Assembly (NCBI GenBank): GCA_963825515.1 | Contig: CAWGTI010000005.1 | Span: 6,396-70,395, forward strand | Reading direction: 5' to 3' | DNA length: 64,000 nt | Origin: an uncultured Solirubrobacterales bacterium | GTDB lineage: Bacteria; Actinomycetota; Thermoleophilia; Solirubrobacterales; Solirubrobacteraceae | Shown here: piece after piece, positions 46,675 to 55,869 of the stretch | Layout of the letters: every line of letters begins with the position of its first letter | Position numbering within the stretch: the first letter of the stretch is position 1 | Made by a program: the position numbers and the translations under genes | Notes under the pieces: model-generated | Seen by the model: only the letters and a program-made list of their open reading frames with translations | Databases searched by the model: none | Told to the model about the DNA's origin: nothing

Positions 46675-48897
46675 ATGATCCTCAGAGGGATGCCCGACCC
46701 GCCCACCCGACGCCGGCCTCAGTCCCCGCGCCGCACCCAGGATGCGCCGGAGCGGACGCCCTGGCGCGTCGAGGGCGACCGCCGCGGCGAGGACGCTCCC
46801 GGACCCAACGAGGCGCCGGCGCGACGCCGCCCGCCCGGCGGCCGCTGGTTCTGGGGCGTCGTGTTGGGGTTGCTGGCCCTGAACATCGTGCTCGGGCAGG
46901 TCATCCCCTCCAAGGGCGACGAGCGCGTCGACGTCCCCTACAGCTTCTTCCGCGCGCAGGTCAGCGAGGGCAACGTGGCCGAGGTCAATGCCCGCAACGA
47001 CGTCATCCAGGGCGAGTTCAAGCGCCCGACCAAGGTCGGCGACAAGGACGACGTCAAGGACTTCGAGACCGTCCGTCCCACCTTCGCCCAGGACGACGAG
47101 CTCCTGAAGCTGCTGATCGACAAGAACGTGCGCGTCAACGCCCAGCCGATCGACGAGGGCCGCTCCTTCCTGGCCACGCTGCTGTTCTCCTTCGGCCCGA
47201 CGATCCTGCTCGTCGCGCTGTTCATCTTCCTGCTGCGAGGCATGTCCGGCGGCGGGCGCGGCGGCATCGGCGGGCTGGGCAAGTCCAAGGCCAAGCTCTA
47301 CGACGCGTCGGCGACGCGTGTGCGCTTCACCGACGTGGCCGGGATCGACGAGGCCGAGGAGGAGCTCGTCGAGATCGTCGACTTCCTGAAGAACCCCGAC
47401 AAGTACCGCAAGCTCGGCGCGGCGATCCCCAAGGGCGTGCTGCTCTCCGGCCCGCCCGGCACCGGCAAGACGCTGCTGGCGCGCGCCGTGGCCGGCGAGG
47501 CCGACGTGCCGTTCTTCTCCATCAGCGCGTCGGAGTTCATCGAGATGGTGGTCGGCGTCGGGGCCAGCCGCGTGCGCGACCTCTTCGAGCAGGCCAAGAA
47601 GGCCGCCCCGGCGATCATCTTCATCGACGAGCTCGACGCGATCGGCCGGGCCCGCGGCGGAGCGGGCGGCGGACTGGGCGGCCACGACGAGCGCGAGCAG
47701 ACGCTCAACCAGATCCTGACCGAGATGGACGGCTTCTCGGGCTCGGAGGGCGTCATCGTGCTCGCCGCCACCAACCGGCCCGAGGTCCTGGACCCGGCGC
47801 TGCTGCGCCCCGGGCGCTTCGACCGCCGCATCACCGTCAACCCGCCCGACCGCAAGGGCCGCAAGTTCATCCTGGAGATCCACACGCGCTCGATCCCGCT
47901 GGCCGACGACGTGGACCTCGATCAGATCGCCGCGTCGACGCCGGGCATGGTGGGCGCCGACCTGCGCAACCTGGCCAACGAGGCCGCGCTGCTGGCCGCC
48001 CGGCGCGGGCACGAGCGCGTGACCGCCAACGACTTCGCCGACGCCATGGAGCGCATCGTGCTCGGCGCCGAGCGGCGCATCACGATCTCCCCCGAGGAAC
48101 GCGAGCGCACGGCCTACCACGAGTCCGGTCACGCCGTGCTGGGCATGCTCGAGCCCGGCGCCGATCCGGTGCGAAAGGTCTCGATCGTCCCGCGCGGACG
48201 CGCGCTGGGCGTGACGTTCCAGTCTCCGGAGAACGACCGCTACGGCTACGACGCGCGCTACCTCGAAGGCCGCATCGTGGGCGCGCTCGGTGGCCGCGCG
48301 GCGGAGGAGATCGTGTACGGCAACGTGACGACCGGCGCGGAGTCCGACCTCGAGCAGGTCACGGCCATCGCGCGCCAGATGGTCGGGCGCTGGGGCATGT
48401 CGGACACGATCGGCCTCGTCTCCGTCCTGCCCGGTCCGGGCGAGGAGACGTCGTTCGGCCCCCAGGGATCCGCCAACGTCTCCGAGGCGACGCGCGAGCT
48501 GATCGACCGCGAGGTCCGCCGCATCGTGGAGGGCTGCTACGACCGCGCCGTGCGCATGCTCACCCAGAACCGCGAGCGCCTGGAGTCGCTCAGCCAGGCG
48601 CTGCTCGAGCACGAGACGCTCGACGAGATGGACGCCTACAAGGCCGCCGGCTTCGAGCGCAAGCCGCCGACGGCGGAGGTCGGCGGCGCCGCGACGACCG
48701 CGCGACGGCGCGGCGGTGGACGGCGCGGCGACGCCCGGCGAGTCCGAAGCCGGCGAGGCGGAGCCCGCCGGCACGACGTAGCCGCGGCTACGCGAGGAAC
48801 ACCAGCGCGTAGACGAAGATCCCCAGCAGGCTGGCCAGGGCGATCCGCAGGGCCTCGTCGCGCTCGCCTTCGGTGTAGCGCACGACGGCCAGGATGA
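46675..48897 (+). CDS. ftsH: ATP-dependent zinc metalloprotease FtsH. The 3' ~200 nt look out of frame.
   Basis: [33 protein letters not shown]. From about 48700 the annotated frame becomes Arg-rich with low GC3. The +1 frame is GC3-rich and stops at 48781. Confidence 0.9.
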   Translation: MILRGMPDPPTRRRPQSPRRTQDAPERTPWRVEGDRRGEDAPGPNEAPARRRPPGGRWFWGVVLGLLALNIVLGQVIPSKGDERVDVPYSFFRAQVSEGNVAEVNARNDVIQGEFKRPTKVGDKDDVKDFETVRPTFAQDDELLKLLIDKNVRVNAQPIDEGRSFLATLLFSFGPTILLVALFIFLLRGMSGGGRGGIGGLGKSKAKLYDASATRVRFTDVAGIDEAEEELVEIVDFLKNPDKYRKLGAAIPKGVLLSGPPGTGKTLLARAVAGEADVPFFSISASEFIEMVVGVGASRVRDLFEQAKKAAPAIIFIDELDAIGRARGGAGGGLGGHDEREQTLNQILTEMDGFSGSEGVIVLAATNRPEVLDPALLRPGRFDRRITVNPPDRKGRKFILEIHTRSIPLADDVDLDQIAASTPGMVGADLRNLANEAALLAARRGHERVTANDFADAMERIVLGAERRITISPEERERTAYHESGHAVLGMLEPGADPVRKVSIVPRGRALGVTFQSPENDRYGYDARYLEGRIVGALGGRAAEEIVYGNVTTGAESDLEQVTAIARQMVGRWGMSDTIGLVSVLPGPGEETSFGPQGSANVSEATRELIDREVRRIVEGCYDRAVRMLTQNRERLESLSQALLEHETLDEMDAYKAAGFERKPPTAEVGGAATTARRRGGGRRGDARRVRSRRGGARRHDVAAATRGTPARRRRSPAGWPGRSAGPRRARLRCSARRPG

Positions 48898-48973
48898 CCC
48901 CGGCGAGGGGAAGCACGACGGCGATCGCGTAGAGGAAGACGCCGCGCAGGCGGTCGAGGATCTGCTGGAGCAC
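48788..48973 (-). CDS. Small two-TM membrane protein
   Basis: 61 aa with very high GC3; [20 protein letters not shown] ... [17 protein letters not shown]. Confidence 0.65.
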   Translation of the reverse strand: MLQQILDRLRGVFLYAIAVVLPLAGVILAVVRYTEGERDEALRIALASLLGIFVYALVFLA

Positions 48974-48977
48974 CGCC

Positions 48978-49742
48978 CTATCCTCCCGCGGCGCGCGCCG
49001 CGGCGCGCATGGCCTCCACGGGGGCGGGCCGGCCGGTCCAGGACGTGAAGCTCAGCGCGCCCTGCGCGACCAGCACGTCCAGGCCGTCGACCGTGCGCAG
49101 CCCGCGGCGGGAGGCCTCGGCGACGAGGGCGGTGGGCGCGTCGCCGTAGACGAGGTCGACCACGGTCGCGTAGTCGGCCAGCGCGTCGGGGGTGAGGGGC
49201 AGGTCGGTGAACGCCGCCGCGGGGTCGCCGAGCCCCACGCTGGTGCAGTTCACGAGGACCTCGGCGGCCACCGGCTCGGCGACGACGCGGGCGCCGAGCG
49301 TCCGCGCCCGCTCGGGGGTGCGGTTCCACACGGCGACGTCCGTCCCCGCCTGCGTGAGCGCCCAGACCACCGCGCGCGCGCTGCCCCCCGCGCCGAGGAC
49401 GAGCGCCGAGGCGGGCGTGGCGCCGAGCACGGCGAGCAGGCCGGGCGCGTCGGTGTTGTCGGCATGGATCGCGCCCTCGGCACTGAAGGTGAGCGTGTTC
49501 GCCGCGCCGATGGCCCGTGCGCCGTCGGTGGCGGCGTCGGCCAGCGCGAGCGCGGCCTCCTTGTGCGGGATCGTCACGTTGGCGCCGCGGAACCCGGCCC
49601 CCGGGAGCCCACGGACGGTCTCCTCCAGCAGCTCGGGCGGGATCGGCAGGAGCTGGTAGCGCTCCAGTCCGGCGGCGCGCATCATCGCGGGCGAGCGGCT
49701 GTGCCCGACCGGCCAGCCCAGCACCCCGTAGCGCGCGGTCAA
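48978..49742 (-). CDS. aroE: Shikimate dehydrogenase
   Basis: 254 aa; GWPVGHSRSP, GANVTIPHK, NTDAPG, LGAGGSARAV. Confidence 0.9.
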   Translation of the reverse strand: MTARYGVLGWPVGHSRSPAMMRAAGLERYQLLPIPPELLEETVRGLPGAGFRGANVTIPHKEAALALADAATDGARAIGAANTLTFSAEGAIHADNTDAPGLLAVLGATPASALVLGAGGSARAVVWALTQAGTDVAVWNRTPERARTLGARVVAEPVAAEVLVNCTSVGLGDPAAAFTDLPLTPDALADYATVVDLVYGDAPTALVAEASRRGLRTVDGLDVLVAQGALSFTSWTGRPAPVEAMRAAARAAGG

Positions 49743-51331
49743 CAGTTCGTCGGCGACTGGCCGTTGCGCCGCGCGCGCGCCGAGTCGTAGCGCGCCGCGT
49801 CGCGCTGGAACTCGGCGAAGCTCGACGAGAACTCGTGCTCCCCGCAGGTCCCGGGCTTGACCACGTAGTACAGGTGCTTCACGTTGGCCGGCCGGGCGGC
49901 CGCACGCATGGCGCTCAGGCCCGGATTGCCGATCGGGGTCGGCGGCAGGCCGGTGCGCTTGCGGGTGTTGTAGCGCGAGTTCAGGGCGAGCTCCGATTGG
50001 CGCAGCGGGCGTCCCCAGTTGTTCGTCGCGTAGCGGATCGTCGCGTCGATCCCCAGCGGCATCCCGTCGGCGAGCCGGTTGTAGATCACGGCCGCGATGA
50101 GCGGGCGCTCGCGCGCGAGCTGGGCCTCGCGCTCGACCATCGAGGCGATGATGAGCACGTCGTAGGGGGTCAGCTTCTTGCGCCGCGCCCGGGCCATGTT
50201 CACGCGGGCGAAGCTCTGCTGGAAGGTCCGCAGCTGCTGCTCGACGAGGTCGCGGGCGTTCTCGCCTGCCCGCAGCTCGTAGGTGGCGGGAAACAGGAAG
50301 CCCTCCAGCGAGCGCGTGCCCGAGGGGGCGCGGTAGCGAAACGGGTTCAGCGCCCCGGAGAAACGCCTCGAGGCGCGCACGTAGTCGCCCTGCACGCCGG
50401 CGCGCGCGACGACGGGGTTCAGCTCGCGCCGCGACGGTCCCTCCGGAAGCGTGACCTTCAGCAGGGCGGGCGCCCGGACGGGGACCTTCCCGGTGAGCGC
50501 GTCGATCGCCGCGCCGTAGCTCATGCCCCGCCGCAGGGTGTGCGCCCCGGAGCGCAGGTCGCCGCGCTTGCCCGACATCGCCGCACGGATCGAGAAGAAG
50601 AAGCCCGAGTCCACGACGCCCGCGCCCGCGAGGATGTCCCCGATCTCCCCCGCGCCGGCGCCAGCGGGGATCCGGACGCGCACGGCGTCCCCGCCCTCCC
50701 CGGCGAAGGGCTGGAAGACGGTGGCGACGATGAACACCAGCAGCACCGCGACGAGCACGACGATCACCGCGCTGGCGTGTCCGCGCAGGCGGCGACGCGC
50801 CCGGGCGGGGCCGCCCGGCACGTCGCCCGGCGGCGTCACGACCGTGCGCGGCGAGACCGCGCGCCGCACGCGCCGCAGGCCCGCGGGCCGCTCGGTCTCA
50901 TCGCGCAGCGCCCCCGCCGGCGCCGCGGGCGGCGCAGGCGGATCGGGCGCGATGCGTCGCAGGCGGTGCGGGCGCTCGCGCCCGGACCGCGGCAGGTCGT
51001 CCGGGGGTGGATGGTGGTCCGGGGGTGGCAGATCGTCCGGGGGTGGCAGATCGTCCGGATGCGGCAGGTCCTCGGGAAGCGGCAGGTCCTCGGGCACGCG
51101 CGGCGGCGCGGCGTGCATCTCCTCCCACCCGGGCGGCACGAACGTGTCCGTGGTGCCCTCCGGCGGACGGGGGCTCGGGGCGAACGCCGGCGTGTCGGCG
51201 CGTGCCGCTCCCTCGTCGGCCGGCAGCTCGTGTCCGGACCGGCGGGCCTCCCGCTCGCGCCGGGCGCGCTCGCGCTCCTCGGGCGTGCGTTGGGCGCGCG
51301 CGGCGTTGTCGTCTCCTCGAAGCCAGCTCAT
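49739..51331 (-). CDS. mltG: Endolytic murein transglycosylase MltG (YceG) with a long disordered Pro-rich N-terminus
   Basis: 530 aa. The C-terminal YceG domain has EGFLFPATYEL, IASMVEREA, YNTRKRTGLPPTPIGNPG. The N-terminus carries PEDLPLPEDLPHPDDLPPPDDLPPPD. Confidence 0.9.
   Translation of the reverse strand: MSWLRGDDNAARAQRTPEERERARREREARRSGHELPADEGAARADTPAFAPSPRPPEGTTDTFVPPGWEEMHAAPPRVPEDLPLPEDLPHPDDLPPPDDLPPPDHHPPPDDLPRSGRERPHRLRRIAPDPPAPPAAPAGALRDETERPAGLRRVRRAVSPRTVVTPPGDVPGGPARARRRLRGHASAVIVVLVAVLLVFIVATVFQPFAGEGGDAVRVRIPAGAGAGEIGDILAGAGVVDSGFFFSIRAAMSGKRGDLRSGAHTLRRGMSYGAAIDALTGKVPVRAPALLKVTLPEGPSRRELNPVVARAGVQGDYVRASRRFSGALNPFRYRAPSGTRSLEGFLFPATYELRAGENARDLVEQQLRTFQQSFARVNMARARRKKLTPYDVLIIASMVEREAQLARERPLIAAVIYNRLADGMPLGIDATIRYATNNWGRPLRQSELALNSRYNTRKRTGLPPTPIGNPGLSAMRAAARPANVKHLYYVVKPGTCGEHEFSSSFAEFQRDAARYDSARARRNGQSPTNC
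50997..51096. repeat. About 5.5 imperfect 18-bp tandem repeats inside mltG (encode D/E-D-L-P-x-P hexapeptides)
   Basis: gtccgggggtggcagatc-type units in phase from about 50997. Confidence 0.75.
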
Positions 51332-51352
51332 GGCGCCCTCGGCGACCGCAGG

Positions 51353-51757
51353 CTACCCGTCCGTCGGTGCGGGCCGCGTCGCAAGCCATCCCTCCAGAAT
51401 ATGGGCGGCCGCGCGGGAGTGCTCCGAGGCGGACGCGCCGCTGGGGTCGCGCTGCGCCAGCCGCGTGGAGAAGCGCTCGTCGTGCAGCTCGACGGGAACG
51501 CGGACGCGCTCGGCCAGGCGCTCGGCGAATGCGCGCGTCTCGCGCGTCTGGTCGGAGTCCGATCCCGACAGCGACAGCGGCAGGCCCACGACGACCAGCT
51601 CGGCCTCGCGCTCGCGCACGAGGTCGGCGAGACGGGCCAGGCCCTTGCGGGTCGCCGGGCGCAGGACCGGCGCGATCGGCGTGGCCAGCGTGCCCGTGGG
51701 GTCGCTGATGGCGCAGCCGCACTGGGCGCTGCCGTAGTCCAGCGCCAGGACGCGCAC
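51353..51757 (-). CDS. ruvX: Holliday-junction-resolvase-like nuclease YqgF/RuvX
   Basis: 134 aa; VRVLALDYGSAQCGCAISD...VVGLPLSLSG. Confidence 0.9.
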   Translation of the reverse strand: MRVLALDYGSAQCGCAISDPTGTLATPIAPVLRPATRKGLARLADLVREREAELVVVGLPLSLSGSDSDQTRETRAFAERLAERVRVPVELHDERFSTRLAQRDPSGASASEHSRAAAHILEGWLATRPAPTDG

Positions 51758-51810
51758 TAGTGGTCCGTCCCGCGGATCCGTTCCCTCCTGGATCGGCCGC
51801 CGATCACTAG
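51757..51810. repeat. 54-bp CTAG-ended partial palindrome filling the alaS-ruvX gap
   Basis: CTAGTGGTccgtcccgcggatccg...ggatcggccgccgATCACTAG has the same CTAGTGGT / CACTAG termini as the element at 25381..25547. Confidence 0.4.
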
Positions 51811-54440
51811 GCGAGCGCGGATTCGATGGCCGCCCGCGCGGCCGCGATCGCGTCGGGGAGCTTGTCCGGGTCGCGCCCGCCGGCCTGAGCCATCGTGTCG
51901 CGGCCCCCGCCGCCGCCGCCGGCCACCTGCGCGGCCGCCTTGACCACGGCGCCGGCCTTCACGCCGCGGGCCACGAGCGCCGGGGAGACCGCCGCGACGA
52001 GGTGCACGCGCCCGTCCACCACCGTGCCGAGCACCGCGGCGGCCTGCTCGCCCAGCTGGCCCTTCACGCGGTCGGCGACGTCCATCAGCTCCTTGGCGTC
52101 GCCCACCGAGACGACTTCCGCGACGACCCGCGCGCCGTCCACGTCGGCCGCGCGCCCGGCCAGCGCGCCCGCGTCCACGCCCCCGTCGGACGTCGCGGCC
52201 TTCGCCGCGCGCTTGGCCTGGTCGCGCAGCGCGCCGATCGCCGCCGGCACGCGCTCGCCGGGGACGCGCAGGACCGACGCGGCCTCGCTGAGCAGCGCGT
52301 CGGAGCGGCGCAGCGCGGCGACCGCCTCTGGGCCGGTGATCGCCTCGATGCGCCGCACGTTGGCGGCGCTGGAGCCCTCGCTGGTGATCTTGACCAGGCC
52401 GATCTCGGCGGTGCTGTGCACGTGCGTGCCGCCGCACAGCTCGCGCGACTGCGAGCCGTCGCCGATCTCCACCATCCGCACGACGTCGCCGTACTTCTCG
52501 CCGAACAGCGCCATCGCGCCCAGCGCCCGGGCCTCGTCGAGCGTCGTGGTGATCGGGCGCACGGGCTCGTTGCGCAGGACCCACTCGTTGACGCGGTCCT
52601 CGATCGCGCTCAGGTCCTCGGGGGAGATCCGCTCGCCGTGGTTGAAGTCGAAGCGCAGCTTGTCGGGACCGACGTAGGAGCCCGCCTGGCGCACGTGCTC
52701 GCCCAGGCGCTCGCGCAGCGCGGCGTGCAGCAGGTGCGTGGCGGTGTGGTTGGCCGCGGTGGCGTTGCGCGCGGCCCGGTCCACGCGCGCGACGACCCGC
52801 TCGCCGGGGCGCAGCTCGCCGCTGCCCACGTCGACGAGCACCGCCTGGTCATCGCCCAGGCGCAGGACGTCGGTCACGCGCGCGACGCAGTCGCCGTCCT
52901 CGCACTCGATCACGCCGGCGTCGGCGACCTGGCCGCCGCCGGTGGCGTAGAAGGGCGACTCCGCGAGCTTGAGCAGGACGCGGCCGTCGTCCTGGCGCAC
53001 GCTCTGCACGGCGGTGTGCTGCTCGAGCGTCTCGTAGCCGGTGAACTCCGTCGGAGAGCCCGACTCGCGGCTGAGGTCCAGCGCGCGCTCGCGCAGCGCG
53101 CCGCTGAGCGGAGCGCTGGAGCGCCCGCCCGCGCGAGCCTTCGCGCGCTGGCTGTCCATGAGCGCGTCGAAGCCGGTGGTGTCGACCTCCAGTCCCTCCT
53201 CCACGGCCAGCTCGCGCGTCAGCTCGAACGGGAAGCCGAACGTGTCGTGCAGGCGGAAGGCGTCCTCGGCTGCGATCGCCGCGGGGCCCTCCTCGCGTGC
53301 GCGGTCGATCAGCTCGCGCAGCAGCTTGGTGCCCTGCTCGAGCGTGCGCCCGAAGCCCTCCTCCTCGGCGCGCACCCAGCGCTCGATCGACGCGCGCTCG
53401 GCGACCAGCTCGGGGTAGGCGGGGCCCATGATCGCGATGACGCGGTCCACGAAGCGCGGCAGGAAGCCGGGCGCGATGCCGATGCGCCGACCGTGCTGGA
53501 TCGCGCGGCGCATGACGCGGCGCAGCACGTAGCCGCGGTCCTCGTTGGAGGGCACGACGCCGTCAGCGATCAGGAACGTCATCCCGCGCGTGTGGTCGGC
53601 GAGGATGCGCAGCGCGCGGTCGGTCGCGTCGTCGGTCCCGTAGGTCCGGCCCGACAGCTCCTCCCCCAGCTCGATGAGCGGGCGGAAGTGGTCGGTCTCG
53701 AAGATCGTGGGGACGTCCTGGAGCAGCATCGCCATGCGGTTCAGCCCCATGCCGGTGTCGATGTTCTGGGCCGGGAGCGGGGTGAGCGTATTCACCGGCT
53801 CCTGGAGGTACTGCATGAAGACGAGGTTCCAGTACTCGACGAAGCGGTCGTTCTCGCCGCCGGGCAGGTCGTCGGGCTTGCCGTACTCGACGCCGCGATC
53901 GAGGTAGAGCTCCGAGCACGGGCCGCAGGGCCCGGTGGCGCCGGCCTGCCAGAAGTTCTCCGAGCGCGGCAGCAGGACGATGCGCTCGCGCGGTACGCCG
54001 ACCGACAGCCACGCGTCGATGGCCTCCTCGTCGGGCCCCAGGCCGAGCTCCTCGTCGCCCTCGAAGACGGTGATCCAGATGTCCTCGGGGTCGAAGCCGA
54101 ACCCCTGCAGCGACAGCTCCCAGGCCAGCTCGACGGCGCCCTGCTTGAAGTAGTCGCCGATCGAGAAGCTGCCGAGCATCTCGAAGAAGGTCAGGTGGCG
54201 CGAGGTCGTCCCGACGACGTCGATGTCCGGCGTGCGGAAGCACTTCTGGCAGGAGCACAGCTTGTCGTGCGGCGGCTTCTCCTGGCCCAGGAAGTACGGC
54301 TTGAGCGGGTGCATGCCCGCGGTGGTGAGCAGCACGGAGGGGTCGAACTCGGCCGGGATCAGCGAGCCGGAGGGCACGCGCCTGTGGTCGCGCTCCTCGA
54401 AGAACGTCAGGAACCTCTCGCGGATCTCGTCGGTGGTCAC
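51807..54440 (-). CDS. alaS: Alanine--tRNA ligase
   Basis: GTG at 54440 (VTTDEIRERFLTFFEERDH) gives a GTGA overlap with the mnmA stop. An alternative ATG lies at 54458. Canonical AlaRS motifs are present throughout ORF 51807..54887. Confidence 0.95.
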   Translation of the reverse strand: MTTDEIRERFLTFFEERDHRRVPSGSLIPAEFDPSVLLTTAGMHPLKPYFLGQEKPPHDKLCSCQKCFRTPDIDVVGTTSRHLTFFEMLGSFSIGDYFKQGAVELAWELSLQGFGFDPEDIWITVFEGDEELGLGPDEEAIDAWLSVGVPRERIVLLPRSENFWQAGATGPCGPCSELYLDRGVEYGKPDDLPGGENDRFVEYWNLVFMQYLQEPVNTLTPLPAQNIDTGMGLNRMAMLLQDVPTIFETDHFRPLIELGEELSGRTYGTDDATDRALRILADHTRGMTFLIADGVVPSNEDRGYVLRRVMRRAIQHGRRIGIAPGFLPRFVDRVIAIMGPAYPELVAERASIERWVRAEEEGFGRTLEQGTKLLRELIDRAREEGPAAIAAEDAFRLHDTFGFPFELTRELAVEEGLEVDTTGFDALMDSQRAKARAGGRSSAPLSGALRERALDLSRESGSPTEFTGYETLEQHTAVQSVRQDDGRVLLKLAESPFYATGGGQVADAGVIECEDGDCVARVTDVLRLGDDQAVLVDVGSGELRPGERVVARVDRAARNATAANHTATHLLHAALRERLGEHVRQAGSYVGPDKLRFDFNHGERISPEDLSAIEDRVNEWVLRNEPVRPITTTLDEARALGAMALFGEKYGDVVRMVEIGDGSQSRELCGGTHVHSTAEIGLVKITSEGSSAANVRRIEAITGPEAVAALRRSDALLSEAASVLRVPGERVPAAIGALRDQAKRAAKAATSDGGVDAGALAGRAADVDGARVVAEVVSVGDAKELMDVADRVKGQLGEQAAAVLGTVVDGRVHLVAAVSPALVARGVKAGAVVKAAAQVAGGGGGGRDTMAQAGGRDPDKLPDAIAAARAAIESALA

Positions 54441-55840
54441 GCTGCGATTGTCGCGCATCCGACCACGGCGTCCCCGGCGAGGAAGACCGCGGTCTGGCCG
54501 GGCGCGGCGCGGTCGGCGGGCTCGTCGAGGTGGATCTCGTCGCCGTCCAGGCGACAGCCGATCGCGGGGGCGCGGTAGCGCAGCTTGACCGCGTCGGGGG
54601 CTCTGTCGGCGGCGTGAAGCCGGATGCCCCGGACCCTGACCGTGTCGGTCTGCAGGTCGTCCCTCGGCCCCACCGTCACGGTGTTGGCTGCGGGATCCGT
54701 GGCGAGCACGAACAGCGGCTGCGTCGCGGCCACGCCGAGGCCCTTGCGCTGGCCGACCGTGAAGCCGTGATGGCCGCGGTGACGCCCGAGCGTCCGGCCG
54801 GCGGTGTCCACGATGTCGCCCGGCCGGTCGCGCAGGCCGCCGTGGCGGGCGAGGAACGCGGCGCGCCCGGTTCCGGCCAGGAAGCACAGGTCCTGCGAGT
54901 CGGGCTTGCCGGCGACGGGCAGGCCGGCGTCGCCCGCGAGCGCGCGGACCTCGGGCTTCGTGAGCTCGCCGAGCGGGAAGCGCAGCCGCGCGAGGCTGGC
55001 CGGGCTCAGCGCGGCGAGCATGTAGGACTGGTCCTTGGCCGGGTCGGCGGCGAGGCGCAGCAGACCGCCGCGCGTGCGCGCGTAGTGGCCGGTGGCGAGG
55101 GCCGCGGCGCCGAGGCGGTCGGCGAAGTCGAGCATCGCGTCCAGGCGGACGTGGCCGTTGCAGCGCACGCAGGGGTTGGGGGTCTCACCTTGCTCGTGCT
55201 CCGCCAGCCACGGGTCCACCACGCCCGCGCGGAACTCGGGGCGCAGGTCCAGCGTGAAGTGCGGCAGGCCGAGGCCGTGGGCCAGCGAGCGCGCGCCGCG
55301 GACCGCCGCCGCCGAGCAGCAGGAGCGCTCGCCGTCGTTCTCGGGGTCCGACCACAGCTCGAGCGTGACCGCGGCGGCGTCGTGGCCTGCGCGCTCGCAG
55401 AGCAGCGCGGCGACCGCGCTGTCGACGCCGCCGGACATGGCGACGAGGGTGCGCTCGGGGTCGGTCGGCTGCGCACGGTCGGCCCGGACGGCTGCGCCCA
55501 GGGCGCGGTGCAGCGCGTCGGACGCGAGGTCGGCGGCGTGGAGCTTGCCCGCGCTCATCCCGCCGAGCTCCGCGGCGATGGCCGGGGAGCCGATCCGCGC
55601 CGCGTCCAGCACGGGCGCGCCCTTCGCGAGGGCCACGGCCGCGCTGCCGGCCGCGATCGTCGCGCCGCAGCCGGTTGCCTCGAAGCTCGCGGCTCGCACG
55701 CGGGCGTCCTCCACGACGAGCGAGACGCGCACCATGTCCCCGCACGCCCCGCCCCCGGCCGCGCCGTCGCGCGCGCCGGGCGGGGGCTCACCCCGCCCGC
55801 GGGGATGGCGCAGGTGGTCCTCGAAGCGCTCGTCGGGCAT
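54437..55840 (-). CDS. mnmA: IscU/NifU-like domain fused to tRNA 2-thiouridylase MnmA
   Basis: ATG at 55840 within ORF 54437..56095. The N-terminal ~125 aa are GGGACGDMVRV...ATGCGATIAAGSA...LHAADLASDAL. The MnmA part has AMSGGVDSAVAA, NPCVRCN, DSQDLCF. Confidence 0.9.
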   Translation of the reverse strand: MPDERFEDHLRHPRGRGEPPPGARDGAAGGGACGDMVRVSLVVEDARVRAASFEATGCGATIAAGSAAVALAKGAPVLDAARIGSPAIAAELGGMSAGKLHAADLASDALHRALGAAVRADRAQPTDPERTLVAMSGGVDSAVAALLCERAGHDAAAVTLELWSDPENDGERSCCSAAAVRGARSLAHGLGLPHFTLDLRPEFRAGVVDPWLAEHEQGETPNPCVRCNGHVRLDAMLDFADRLGAAALATGHYARTRGGLLRLAADPAKDQSYMLAALSPASLARLRFPLGELTKPEVRALAGDAGLPVAGKPDSQDLCFLAGTGRAAFLARHGGLRDRPGDIVDTAGRTLGRHRGHHGFTVGQRKGLGVAATQPLFVLATDPAANTVTVGPRDDLQTDTVRVRGIRLHAADRAPDAVKLRYRAPAIGCRLDGDEIHLDEPADRAAPGQTAVFLAGDAVVGCATIAA

Positions 55841-55869
55841 GGGGCGAGTGTAGATCGGCCCGGCGTCCC

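Noticed and set aside
46639-54578. Long shadow ORFs 46639..49329(-), 49517..51760(+), 51757..52584(-) and 52002..54578(+).
   Set aside because: They lie opposite or out of frame to ftsH, aroE, mltG, ruvX and alaS. The translations are low-complexity and Arg/Gly-rich, and GC3 favours the annotated frames.
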